Assembly: GCA_030390025.1 (NCBI GenBank)
Contig: CM059431.1
Span: 143,346,001 to 143,410,000 of the forward strand
Source: Squalus acanthias
Taxonomy: Eukaryota
Reading direction: 5' to 3'
Length of the DNA: 64,000 nucleotides
The notes under the pieces: generated by a model
The model's input: only the letters and a program-made list of their open reading frames with translations
What the model was told of the DNA's origin: nothing
The model's database searches: none
Translations under genes and position numbers: made by a program
Shown here: in pieces, positions 27,701-38,419 of the stretch
Layout: each line of letters opens with the position of its first letter
How positions within the stretch are numbered: the stretch's first letter is position 1

Positions 27701-30354
27701 AAAATTCCAAAACCTGTATACTCATGTCTCTACAAAACTGCATTTAATGTGTTGGGAGATTGGGCTCATGATTGGCAAATGATGTTTAGCTTGGATAGGT
27801 GCCGTGTTGTGCCTGTGGGCCGTGCGAATGCTCAACGTCCATACACCCTTCATGGCATTAAATAAGGGGGAGAAAGGAAGATCCGGGCTCTCTTGTGCAT
27901 TCATCTCTAAAGGTATAGGAGCAATGCTGTGAAGCGGAAACTAGAACAAAGAGGATGTTGGGGTGCATTCATAGGACAGTTGGGTATAAGACGGCCTATT
28001 TTGTCCTCGTACAAGACCTTGGTAAAGTCCTCACTTGGAATACTGTGTCCAGTTTTGGTCTCCTCATATGGTGGGTAATATTGAGCCTTTGATACTGTTG
28101 CAGAGGAGGGACATTGGACTAATTCCCAGTATAAAGCAACTTAGCTTTCAAGATAGGCTGAGAACCTGGACTCTACACTTTAGAGAAGCAAAGACTTACG
28201 GGTGATCTGATTGAGGATTATAGGATGATGAAGGGAAAAGATTGTTTTCCAGTTGACAGTCTGTTCCAATTCAATAGTTTAGGGAGGGTCAGGGGTCACA
28301 ATTTTAAGTTGTGCAAGGCCTGATTTAAGTTAGATGTCAGGAGGTGGTTCTTATCCCAGAGAATAGTCGACTTCTGGAACAGGATACCTTCTCTTGCGGT
28401 GAACGCTGACTCACTGAATTCCTTCAGGCGAGAGCTGAACCTGGTCGTGTTTGGGGCGGACATCACCTCTTACAACAGGAAGGCACTTCAGGGAATTCAG
28501 TGTAAGATTGATCTGTTGGACTATGTTTAAATCGCCTAGATGGGTCGGAGAGGAATTTCCCGTATTTTAATCACCCAAATTGGCCTGTGTTTTTACCTGT
28601 TTTATTCCACCTCACCCAGGAGATCACATGGTTTTGTTTGGGATAGGGCGACAAAGTATCGACAAAGTATCGCAATTGCCTGGGAAAGTCTGGATGGACC
28701 AAAGGGTATTTACCTGTTCGTCGTTGTTCGTAAAATTAGCACATACAACTTTTCTACAGCTAACCCATTCCAGCCTCCCCTCATCATCGTCTTTATCGCT
28801 AAATGCTCGCTAATTCGACCTGGATTAACAGATTTGAGGAGTTTCTACACAATAGTCTCTGGTAACAAGGTTAATCCACTCTCCACATTATAACAGAAAC
28901 ATTGTTTGGGCTCAGTCCACCTGTATATTTTTGATATTAAACGTGGGTTGAAATGCTGTGGTCTGTCCCTCCTATCGCCTCTCTGACTTCCTTTAACAGT
29001 CTGGGGTGCATTATTTCTGAGCCCAGTGAGTTCTCCACCTCGGCTATTTTACTCAGATCTAAATCCTTCTCCACAGTGTCTCTAACTGAACCCACATCCT
29101 CCTCTAGTACATCAACTTTCTCACTTCAACCATCATTTTTAGAAAGTAAAGGAAATATTTTGTATCGCCCCAAAATTGCATTCCTCCACAACTAGATTCG
29201 TCAGTCACACCTCTATCTTATTAATACTGGCGTCCAAAAATGTTTTGCTCTTCCCTCAAAATGTTATCACCAGAAACATCTCCCTCTGAGTCCTGTGAAA
29301 ACCCAGGCCCTGTCTTATAGATACTCGATCACATCTCTCATGCTTCTGAATGTTTGGAATGATTTGTACACTCACACACACAACACTCAATACGCGCTCC
29401 AATGTTTGAAATGTTGGCTGGTCCCCGTTCCTTCTTGAAAAAAAGAAATAAGTGACTTTCTCTCTCACTACTTCAAATCCTCCTTCCTTTTTCTTGCCAA
29501 TAACTTTTCCATTCACCTTTTCTGTAAAAACAGAATTCTTTTTCAGTACAGAACGCGGCCTTCCCTTCGCTTCCAACGGAACTCACTCTAGCGCCCCAAG
29601 AACGTGAACCCTTCCCTCCTGCTCCAGCCCTGCAGCCGCGCATTGATCAGCCTCATATTTCCCTCCTTCAGCAGCCCAGTGCAAAACTGGCCGGAATTCA
29701 ACATCTTGCGGCCTTTTTGCTTAGTTTAGTGCCTAAGTGTTAAAAGTCCCTCTATAAACGTATTTCTATCCGTGTTACCGGTTTCGACCACTGCTATTTT
29801 CTGCTCTCCTTTCCTTTCCTTCCCAGAGATGGTCCCACCCGTTCAAGGACATTCTTCCCTCTGGCACCAGGGAGGCAACTAAACATTCGGGGCCTGCTCA
29901 GGGCTGCAGACGAGGTTGGTTATTCCATCGAATATACAATCTGCCACCAGTATCGCTCTCCTATTGCTGTGCCCCACCTACCTCTCACTCTCGCCCCGCT
30001 GGGTGACCTCCTGCTCTCTGGTGCCACACTGTTGCTCAGGAAGACCCTCCTCCGAGTCACTGCCTCGATGCATCTTATAATCTCCAATACCTGGTATCTA
30101 TTGAACAGTTCCAGTACTCAGGGCTCCCTCCACCTGTGACTGCGATGTCTCTCTAGATGGTCACTCATTTCTCTCTTTATACTCAGCCCCTGTCCTGTTC
30201 CCTCTTCCTGTGTGCGCTCCAGGTTCATGCATTTGATCTGGACATTTTGTCGGGACAGAAATTATATTTTGAAGTGTTTTCTGAACCTACCAGTGTCCAT
30301 TCTCATTCTTTTTGAAGATGTTGGATCTTCTCCCCTCTTTGGACCTTCAGCCAT
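6663..30354 (-). CDS. NLR family receptor paralog 1 (CARD-like + FISNA-like + NACHT + LRR; NLRP3/NLRC3-like), 10 coding exons, 963 aa
   Basis: Join of 30354-30291, 27555-27389, 20599-20428, 20322-20257, 17765-16028, 11609-11523, 11381-11211, 7399-7229, 7089-6922, 6750-6663. All introns are GT-AG, phases 1,0,1,1,2,2,2,2,2 are compatible, total 2892 nt, open to TGA at 6663. Confidence 0.88.
6922..7089 (-). CDS. NLR paralog 1 LRR exon (168 nt)
   Basis: [55 protein letters not shown]; gatccccag / gtgagt. Confidence 0.9.
7229..7399 (-). CDS. NLR paralog 1 LRR exon (171 nt); acceptor region rebuilt by CR1 tail
   Basis: [58 protein letters not shown] and GTAAGT intact. Confidence 0.85.
7410..11084 (-). 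mobile_element. CR1 LINE, 3.7 kb, degenerate (ORF1 SGNH esterase, AP endonuclease, RT, 3' tail)
   Basis: GDSNVR...[15 protein letters not shown]...[26 protein letters not shown]; tail ttatgttcttatg; frameshifted. Confidence 0.95.
11211..11381 (-). CDS. NLR paralog 1 LRR exon (171 nt, RI-type pair)
   Basis: gatccccag| [56 protein letters not shown] |gtaagt. Confidence 0.9.
11523..11609 (-). CDS. NLR paralog 1 LRR exon (87 nt)
   Basis: gtgtttag| [28 protein letters not shown] |gtaagt. Confidence 0.9.
11724..13411. mobile_element. Harbinger-like non-autonomous DNA transposon remnant in the NACHT-LRR intron
   Basis: Myb/SANT-like remnant [33 protein letters not shown]-rich termini; homologous to 59495-61177 and (inverted) 44837-45840. 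Confidence 0.6.
13817..15126 (-). mobile_element. Penelope-like retroelement family B, 5'-truncated
   Basis: RT C-terminal remnant [18 protein letters not shown]...RICSDD...[10 protein letters not shown]; terminal repeat at about 13825-13920; diverged 13-bp TSD agaatttatactg/agagtttattctg; empty site in paralog 2 near 61558. Confidence 0.85.
16028..17765 (-). CDS. NLR paralog 1 large exon: FISNA-like segment, NACHT (NBD-HD1-WHD-HD2) and first LRRs
   Basis: Walker [10 protein letters not shown], Walker [11 protein letters not shown], sensor-1 LVTSRP, winged-helix FPHLTIQEF. Acceptor ctaattgaag|AT, donor TTGAG|gtaact. Confidence 0.96.
18200..18815. repeat. 86-bp minisatellite, about 7 copies
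   Basis: gggcaggttatctggg recurs at 18222, 18308, 18394, 18480, 18566, 18652, 18735. Confidence 0.9.
18920..19980. repeat. 39-bp minisatellite, about 27 copies
   Basis: Unit gtgtgtatggggtttcacagtgtatcaggatcctgccag. Confidence 0.97.
20257..20322 (-). CDS. NLR paralog 1 66-nt linker exon ([22 protein letters not shown])
   Basis: ttaaacag| ... AAAG|gtaagt; phase 1-1, open frame. Confidence 0.8.
20428..20599 (-). CDS. NLR paralog 1 exon, C-terminal half of CARD-like domain
   Basis: tctttacag|AAA GTC ... CTT G|gtacgg; encodes [57 protein letters not shown]. Confidence 0.85.
21380..23490 (+). mobile_element. Degraded SINE head followed by an internally deleted CR1/L2-group LINE
   Basis: RT remnants ([30 protein letters not shown]...LNIESLHHR); same family as 54483-56043. 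Confidence 0.65.
23675..24065 (+). mobile_element. CR1 3' fragment
   Basis: [15 protein letters not shown]...[16 protein letters not shown] plus the CR1 tail. Confidence 0.9.
25160..26630. repeat. 51-bp minisatellite, about 28 copies
   Basis: Unit atgggtagtgagcaggaggttgggattagactaggtgggatattaacggta. Confidence 0.97.
27389..27555 (-). CDS. NLR paralog 1 exon, N-terminal half of CARD-like domain
   Basis: ttcacag|AT CCA ... CAT CGG|gtgagt; encodes [56 protein letters not shown]. Confidence 0.85.
27735..28720 (+). mobile_element. Old CR1-type 3' fragment
   Basis: cacttggaatactgtgtccagttttggtctcc ([11 protein letters not shown]) and other RT C-terminal remnants. Confidence 0.75.
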
Positions 30355-30386
30355 GGTGGTGACAGGCGTTCCCAGATTCTGATGCT
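30291..30386 (-). CDS. NLR paralog 1 first coding exon (ATG at 30354; [21 protein letters not shown])
   Basis: Acceptor ttgttacag, Kozak accaccATGg, donor G|gtaggt. Phase 1 matches the next exon (G+AT=D). Confidence 0.8.
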
Positions 30387-30759
30387 CTGTAACAAGTATA
30401 ATATTAATAGAAATGTTAGATAGAAATATTAAAATGAGAAGGAGAACGCTGCCTTGTTAAACATGATATCAAATCGCTCCTCTCCCATAAGTACAAAAGC
30501 TGTTAGCTCTGGGATCTCAGAAAACACCTTGAATATACATCTGGTGGATTTGACTGCTGTTTTGCAATCATAATTCTCCATTTGTGTGTGTGCCAGCGCA
30601 CGTGCGTCCATTGGAACTATCAATCAGCGTCCTTTCCTTTCCCCATGGAAATGTAAAAGCGATTCAGTTAATTTATAAACAGTTTGAGACTTTGTAAAAT
30701 TCAGTACTTTGCTGTTTCACTAATGCTGCCACTAGTGTAATAAATACACAACATCAACA

Positions 30760-31930
30760 ACAGAGGGGCAAGGAGAATGTATGAGAAATGATTAGCGGTA
30801 ACGTAATAGGGAACACTAACGCCCTTTATAAATATATAAACCGTCAAATAATAGTCCAAGGAAAGGTGGGGCCGATTTGGGACCAAAAAGACAATCAGCT
30901 TGTGGAAGCAGCGGACATGGCTGAGGTACTAAATTAACACTTTGCATCCGTATTCACTAAAGAAGAGGATGCTGCCAATCGTACAGTAAAGGAAGAGGTG
31001 GTTGAGAAATGGGAGACGATATCAATAGATTAGGACGATGTACTAAAACGGATTGCAGGGCTCAAAGTAGAAAAGTCACCCGCTCTGCCACAAATTTCCA
31101 AATCCTTGGTTATGGGAGAGGTGCCAGAGGACTGAAGGGTTGCAAACGTTACTTCCCACTTCAAAAAAGGACAGAGTGATAAACCAAATAACTACAGGCG
31201 ACTCAGCTTTACATCGGTATTGAGGGAGCTTCTAGGGACAAAAATCCGAAGCAAAATTCATGTCACTTGGAAGAACATGGGTTAATTAGCGACAGGAAAT
31301 TGATCTTTTTTTTTTAAAGGCAAATCAAATCTGCCTGACTTGAATGAGTTAATCGATGAAGTAGGAGAGGGTTGATGCGGGTAGTACAGTTGATGTTCTG
31401 TATATGGACTATCAGACGGCGTTTGATAAACTACCTCATAATGGTCTGTTTAACAAAATTGAAGCCAATGATATTACAGGAGCAGTGGCAGCGTAGATAC
31501 TAAATTGGCGAAGGGACAGAAAGTAGTTGTAAACCGATATTTTTCACACTGGAGGGATGTATACAGTGTCCCCAGGGGTCGGTATTTGGATCACTGCTCT
31601 TTTTGATATATTTTAGTGAACTGGACTTAGGTATACAGAGCATAATTTAAAAGTTTATAGATGACATGAATCTCGGAAAAGTCGTAAACCATGAGGAGGA
31701 TAGCAGAAGACTTCAGGAGGAAATACACAGTCTGGTGAAATGGGCAGACACATGGCAGGTGTAATTTATACAGAGAAGTGTGAAGTGCTGCATTTTCGAA
31801 AGAACAATGAGGCGATGCAACATAAACTAACTGGTACAATTTAAAGGGGTTGCAGGAACAGAAAAACTTGGGGGTATACATACAGAAATTTTTGAATGTG
31901 GCAGGCAGGACGATAAGGCTTTCAGAAAAG
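30760..31930 (+). mobile_element. Degraded CR1 RT fragment
   Basis: Remnants of LNxHFASVFT, YMDxQxAFDK and VPQGSV motifs. Confidence 0.75.
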
Positions 31931-31932
31931 AA

Positions 31933-32090
31933 TACAGAAAGAGTTAACGTTTCAGGTCAATTACCTTTCGTCAGAAACAGAAAGAATTAACTCAGTTTTT
32001 CTCTCCACATGCTGTTTAACCTGCTGAGTATTTCCAGCAGTTTTTGTTTTTATTTCAGATTTCCAGCATTCGTAGTATATTGCTTTAATA
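31933..32090. mobile_element. Penelope family B terminal-repeat remnant, partly inverted; hammerhead motif on the minus strand at about 31943-31977
   Basis: Reverse complement reads ttctgacgaaaggtaattgacctgaaacgttaac; followed by ctctccacatgctg...tatttccagc on the plus strand. Confidence 0.65.
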
Positions 32091-33917
32091 TTTAAAAGCT
32101 ATTTGAAGTACAGCATAATCCAAAACCCATCCCATATTCTCTGCACCAAATGTTGTTACAGACTCGGGAAATGATACCCACAATAATGAACCAGCATTAA
32201 CCAGCTGGATAATATTCCTCTTCAATAGTTTTTTGTGTGATCACACATCTCCATGTTAAACATTCCCATTGTGGTGCCACGGCACTGTGGTACAGGGGGC
32301 CATCCAAGTGGGGGGAGAAGGAAGGAATGTGGTAGTAGTAGGCGACAGTAAATAGGGCATTAGATAGGGCTTTAAACTGAAAAAGGGGGGGGATCAGGTC
32401 AGGGGAAATTTATAAATTTAAAGGGAAAGGTCAAGGCAATAGAGCAGTGTAGCGATTTGGGTAAAAATAAGCAGAGTGTGACAGGAAGCGACAGAGAGTT
32501 TAATGGTAGCAGTGCAGCAGACAATACAAAGCAGGGAATAATGGTAAAAAAATAATTAAAGGCTTTTTATCTGAATGCACGAAGCATTCATATAAAGAAA
32601 GATGAACTCGTGGCACAAATAGAGATACATGGGTTTGATCGAATAGCCATTACAGAGACATGGTTGCAAAGTGGCCAAGGTTGGGAACTAAATGTTCCAG
32701 AGTACTTGACGTTCCAAAAAGACAGGCAGAATGGAAAAGGTGGGGGAGTAGCCCTGATAATAAAGGATGACATAAGGACAGTAGCGAGAAAGGATCTCAG
32801 CTCAGAAGATCAGGAAGTACAATCAGTATGGGTTGAGATAAGGAATAACAAGGGGCAGAAAACACTGGTAGGAGTAGTATATAGGCCACCAACAATAGCT
32901 ATACCATTGGACAGAATACTAATCAAGAAATAGTAGGAGCTTGCAACAAACGTAATGCAATAATCTTGGGGTACTTTAATCTTCATATAGACTGGACAAA
33001 TCAAATAGGCAAAGGTAGTCTGGAGGACGAATGCATTCGGGACAGTTTCCTAGAACAATGTGTCATGGAACCAACCAGGGAACAGGCTATTTTAGATGTA
33101 GTATTGTGTAATGAGACAGGGTTAATTAGCAATCTCACAGTAAAGGATCCTCTGGGGCAGTGTGCTCATAATATGATAGAATTTTACATTAATTTTGAGA
33201 GTGACTTGCCTAAGTCCGAAACGAGAGTCTTAAACTTAAATAAAGTCAATTATATAGGTATGAGGGGCGAGTTGGCTAAGGTAGATTTGAAAAATAGATT
33301 AAAAGATGTGGCGGTAGATAAGCCGTGGCTAGCATTTAAAGAAATATTTCAATTCTCAACAAAAATACATTCCATTGAGAAACAAAAACTCCAGGTGAAA
33401 AGTGATCCAACCGTGGCTAACTAAAGAAGTTAAGGACAGTATTAGATTGACCAAAGAAGCTTATAATTTTGCAAAGAATAATTAATAAGCCTGAGGATTG
33501 GGAGAGTTTCAGAAACCAGCAAAGGTTGACCAAAAAATTGTTAAAAAGGTAAAAAATAGAATGAAAGAAAACTAGCAAGCAATATAAAAGCAGATTGTCA
33601 GAGTATGTAAAAAGGAAAAATGTAGCAAAAGTAAACGTTGGTCCCTTAGAGGCTGAGACAGGATAAATTATTATGGGGAATAAGGAAATGGCAGAAACAT
33701 TAAACACATATTTTGTATCTGTCTTCACAGTAGAAGACACAAAAAGCATACCAAAAATGGTGGAGAACCAAGGGTCTAATGAGGGTGAGGAACTTAACGT
33801 AATTAATATAATTAGAGAAAAAGTACTTGAGAAACTAATGGGACTAAAAGCCGACAAATCCCCTGGACCTGACGGCCTACATCCTAGGGTTCTGAAAGTG
33901 GTGGCTGAAGAGATAGT

Positions 33918-34384
33918 TTAGGCACACTACAGCCCTCTGGACTCAATATCGAGTTCAACAATTTTAGATCATAACCTCAGCTCCAATCACATTTATATTT
34001 TATTTTTTCCACCCTTTTATTTGCCCCCCCCACCTTTTTTTTCCTCCTAGAAGCTGGCAGCTGTCCTTCATTCTGCCAGTGGATTTCACACTTCTTTCAG
34101 CCTTAATCTGTCACATTAACACCACCTCTAGCCTTGCATATCTCTTAATGTCTCTTAATGTCTCTTCATCTCCCCCTTTATTCCTTTATCCCCTCCCCCT
34201 TTTCCCAGCTTTACCCTGGCCTTAAATCTATTTGATTTCCGGCTCTTCCCAGTTCTGATGAAAGGTCATCGACCTGAAATGTTAACTCTCTTTCTCTCTC
34301 CACGGATGCTGCCTGGCCTGCTGAGTTTTTCCAGCGTTTTCTGTTGTTATTTCGGATTTCCAGCATCCGCAGTATTTTGCTATC
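33918..34384 (+). mobile_element. Penelope family B 3' end inserted in a CR1
   Basis: TSD gagatagt at 33910-33917 and 34385-34392; homologous to the reverse complement of 13820-14270. Confidence 0.75.
34251..34287 (+). ncRNA. Minimal type-I hammerhead ribozyme motif (Penelope family B)
   Basis: agtt-CTGATGA-a-aggtc[atc]gacct-GAAA-tgtt-aact. Confidence 0.65.
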
Positions 34385-35654
34385 GAGATAGTGGATGCAT
34401 TGGGTTTGATCTTCCAAAATTCCCTAGATTTTGGAATGGTCCCAGCGGATTGGAAGGTCGCATATGTAAGCCCGCTATTCAAAAAAGGGGGAAAAGAGAA
34501 AGCATGGAACAACAGGTCAGTGAGCCTGACGTCGGGAAAATGTTGGAATCCATTTTTAAGGAAGTGGTAAGAGGGCACTTTAGGGCAGAGTGGTGAGGAC
34601 CTTGAACTCATTGCCAACGGAAGTGGTGGAAGCGGACACACTGAATATTTTCAAGCGGAGACTGGATAGGCACTTGAGGGAAATAAACTTGCAGGGCTAC
34701 GGGGATAGAGCGGTGAAATGGGAATAACTGGATTGCTCTACAGAGAGCAGGCACGGACTCAATGGGCCGAATGGCCTCCTTCTGTGACGTTATTACTCTA
34801 TTAGCATTAATAGAGGATTGGTTAACGGACAGAAAACAGAGAGAAGGGATAAACAGGTAATTTTCAGCTTGACAGGCTGTAACTAGTGGGGTGCCACAAG
34901 GATCAGTGCTCGGGCCTCTGCTATTTACAATCTATATTAATGACTTAGATGAAGGGACCGAGTGCAATGTATCCAGGTTTGCTTATGATACAAAGCTAGG
35001 TGGGAAATTAAGCTATGAGGAGGACACACAAAGAGCCTGCAAAGGGAGGTGGCCAGGTTAAGTGTGTGGGCAATAAGTTGACAGATGGAATATAATGTGG
35101 GGAAATGTGAGGTTATTCACTTTAGTAGGAAGAACAGAAAAACAGAACCTTTTTTAAATGGTGAAAAATTATTAAATGTTGGTGTTCAGGGAGATTTAGG
35201 TGTTCTCGTACAGGAAACAAAGTTAGCATGCAGGTACAGCAAGCAATTAGGAAGGCGATGGCATGTTGGACATTATTACAAGTAGGTTAGAGTTAAACAG
35301 TCAGGAAGTCTTGATACAATTGTACAGGGCTTTGGTGAGACCACACCCGGAGTACCGTGCACAGTTTTGGTCTCCGTATCGATAAAGGATTGGATAAAGA
35401 CAGTAGAGAGAAAGGAACTTAGCTCCGAAAATCAAGTAAAATTATAGGTTTAGGTGGAGCGAAGAACAGCAAGGGGGAGAAAACATTTGTGGGAGTAGTT
35501 TATAGGCCCATGCGTAGTAGTTGTAATATAGGGCAGAGTATGAATCAGGAAATTAGAGGATCAATTACAAGGGTAATACAGTAATCACGGGGGACTTTAA
35601 GCTACATATAGACTGGACAAAAGAAATTTGCAGTAATAGTGTGGAGGACATCAT

Positions 35655-38040
35655 CTGAGACAATGGGATAATCTCTGACCTTTCTCCCCAGTCCATCTCC
35701 AGGACCAGTGTGTATCTGAGTTAATTTGATTCTCTCTGACCTTTCTCCCCAGTCCATCTCCAGGGCGAGTGTGTATCTGAGTCAATGGGACTGTCTCTGA
35801 CCTTTCTCCCCAGTTCATCTCCAGGTCCAGTGTGTATCTGAGTCAATGGGACTCTCTCTGACCTTTCTCCCCAGTCCATCTCCAGGACCAGTGTGTATCT
35901 GGTCATAGGGACACTCTCTGACCTTTCTCCCCAGTTCATCTCCAGGACCAGTGTGCATCTGAGTCAATGGGACTCTCTCTGACCTTTCTCCCCAGTCCAT
36001 CTCCAGGACCAGTGTGTATCTGAGTCAATGGGACTCTCTCTGATCAGGTCAATGGGACTCTCTCTGACCTTTCTCCCCAGTCCATCTCCAGGACCAGTGT
36101 GTATCTGAGTTAATGGGACTCTCTCTGACCTTTCTCCGCAGTCCATCTCAAGAACCAGTGTGTACCTGAATCAATAGGACGCTCTCTGACTATTCTCCCC
36201 AGTCCATCTCCAGGACCAGTGTGCATCAGTGTCAATGGGACTCTCTCTGACCATTCTCTTCAGTCCATTTCCAGGACCAGTATGTATCACAGTCCATGTG
36301 ACTCTCTCTGACCTTTCTCCCCAGTCCATCTCCGGGACCAGTGTGTATCTGTTCAATGGGACACTCGCTGACCTTTCCCCCCAGTCCATCTCCAGGACCA
36401 GTGTGTATCTGAGTCAATGGGACACTCGCTGACCTTTCTCCCCAGTCCATCTCCAGGACCAGTGTGAATCTGAATCAATGGAACTCTCTCTGACTTTCTC
36501 CCCAGTCCATTTCCAGGACCAGTGTGTATCTCAGTCAATGGGACTCTCTCTGATCTTTATAGAGTAATAGAGTCATAGAATTATACAGCACAGAAAGAGG
36601 CCCTTCGGCCAATCGTGTCCGCGCCGACCATCAAGCCCTGTCTATTGTAATCCCATTTTCCAGCACATGGACCCTAGTCTTGTATGCTATGGCGTTTCAA
36701 GTGCTCATCTAAAAGCTTCTTGAATGTTGTGAGGGTTCCTGCCTCTACCACCCTTTCAGGCAGTGATTTCCAGATTCCAACCACCCTCTGGGTGAAAACG
36801 TTTTTCCTCGAATCACCTCTAAACCTCCTGTCCCTTATCTTGAAACTATGCCCCCTAGTTATTGACCCCTCTACTAAGGGGAACAGTTCCTTTCTATCTA
36901 CCCCATCTATGCCCCTCATAATTTTGTACACCTCAATCAGGTCCCCCCTCAGACTTCTCTGCTCTAAGGAAAACAACCCCAGCCTATCCAGTCTCTCTCA
37001 TAGCTGAAGCGCTCCAGCCCAGGTAAAATCCTGGTGAATCTCCTCTGCACCCTCTCCAATGCAATTACATCCTTCCTATAGTGTGGCGACCAGAACTGCA
37101 CACAGTATTCCAGCTGTGGTCTAACATGCGTTTTGTACAGCTCCATCATAAACATCCCTGCTCTTAAATTATATGCCTCGGCTAAAGAAGGAAAATTCCC
37201 CATATGCCTTTTAACCACCTTATCTACCTGTCCTTCTGCCTTCGGGGATCTATGTACATGCACACCAAGGTCCCTTTGATCCTCTGTCCTTCCTAGGGTC
37301 CTACCATTAATTGTGTATTCCCTTGCCTTGTTACTCCTCCCAAAATGCATCACCTCACACTTTTCAGGGTTAAATTCCATTTCCAACTGTTCTGCCCATC
37401 TAACCAACCCATCTATATCGTCCTGTAGCCTGAGGCTTCCCTCCTCGCTATTTACCACTCCAACAATTTTCGTGTCATCTGCGAACTTACTGATCATATC
37501 TCCTACATTCATATCTAAATCATTAATGTACACTACAAACAGCAAGGGACCCAGCACCGATCCCTGCGGTACACCACTGGACACAGGCTTCCAGTCACAA
37601 AAACAACCTTCGGCAATCACCCTCTGCCACCTGCCACGAAGCCAATTTTGGATCCAATGTGCGAAATTGCCCTGGATCCATTGGGATCTTACCTACTTGA
37701 CCAGTCTCCCATGCGGAACTTTGTCAAAAGTCGTACTGAAGTCCATGTAGACTACATCAACTGTGCTACACTCATGCACACACCCCAGTCCATCTCCGAG
37801 ACCATTGTGTATCTGAGTCAATGGGACTCTCTCTTTGACCTTTCTCCCGGATCATCTCCAGGACCAGTGTGTATCTGAGTTAATGGCACTCTCTCTTTGA
37901 CCTTTCTCCCCAGTCCATCTCCAGGACCAGTGTTTATCTGAGTCAATGGGACTCTCTCTGACCTTTCTCCCCAGTCCATCTCCAGGAGCAGTGTTTATCT
38001 GAGTCAATGGGACTCTCGATTACCTTTTTCCCCAGTCGAT
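35655..38040. repeat. 61-bp minisatellite split by a CR1 (35655-36558 and 37780-38040)
   Basis: Unit tgagtcaatgggactctctctgacctttctccccagtccatctccaggaccagtgtgtatc. Confidence 0.93.
36559..37778 (-). mobile_element. CR1 LINE 3' part
   Basis: [30 protein letters not shown]; tail (tctatgac)-like repeats. Confidence 0.93.
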
Positions 38041-38419
38041 CTCTGGAAGTCTTTGAAAAGGAAGGGTTATCTCTGGCTGGTGCTCACACAATCTTTTGCA
38101 GGTTCAGCTGCTGTCGTTCCTCAGTCTACAATCCATGTTTACTCCAGCTGTGGACCTTCCTCATTCAGTCAGTCATTCACTGGGACATCTTATTAAGGCA
38201 GGACAGCAAATAACAGTATGGATAGTGTGAAGTAATGTAATGTAGACTTTTCTTCTGCCGAGTAAAAATAAAAGTTTGGGTGCGAGAATTTCTGTCTGAT
38301 TTTGTCCCTTTTCTTAGATCCCCGCCAAGCCCACCTGGGCTACCAGCAAATCACCAAAGTTCTGGATGGAAATGTACAATTTTTCTGTGCTTTAGGCAAA
38401 CCGAAGCTTCCTTTTCACA

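Larger units (their letters stand above)
32270..35650 (+). mobile_element. Composite of CR1 fragments (endonuclease and RT) interrupted by a Penelope end
   Basis: [42 protein letters not shown]. Confidence 0.85.
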
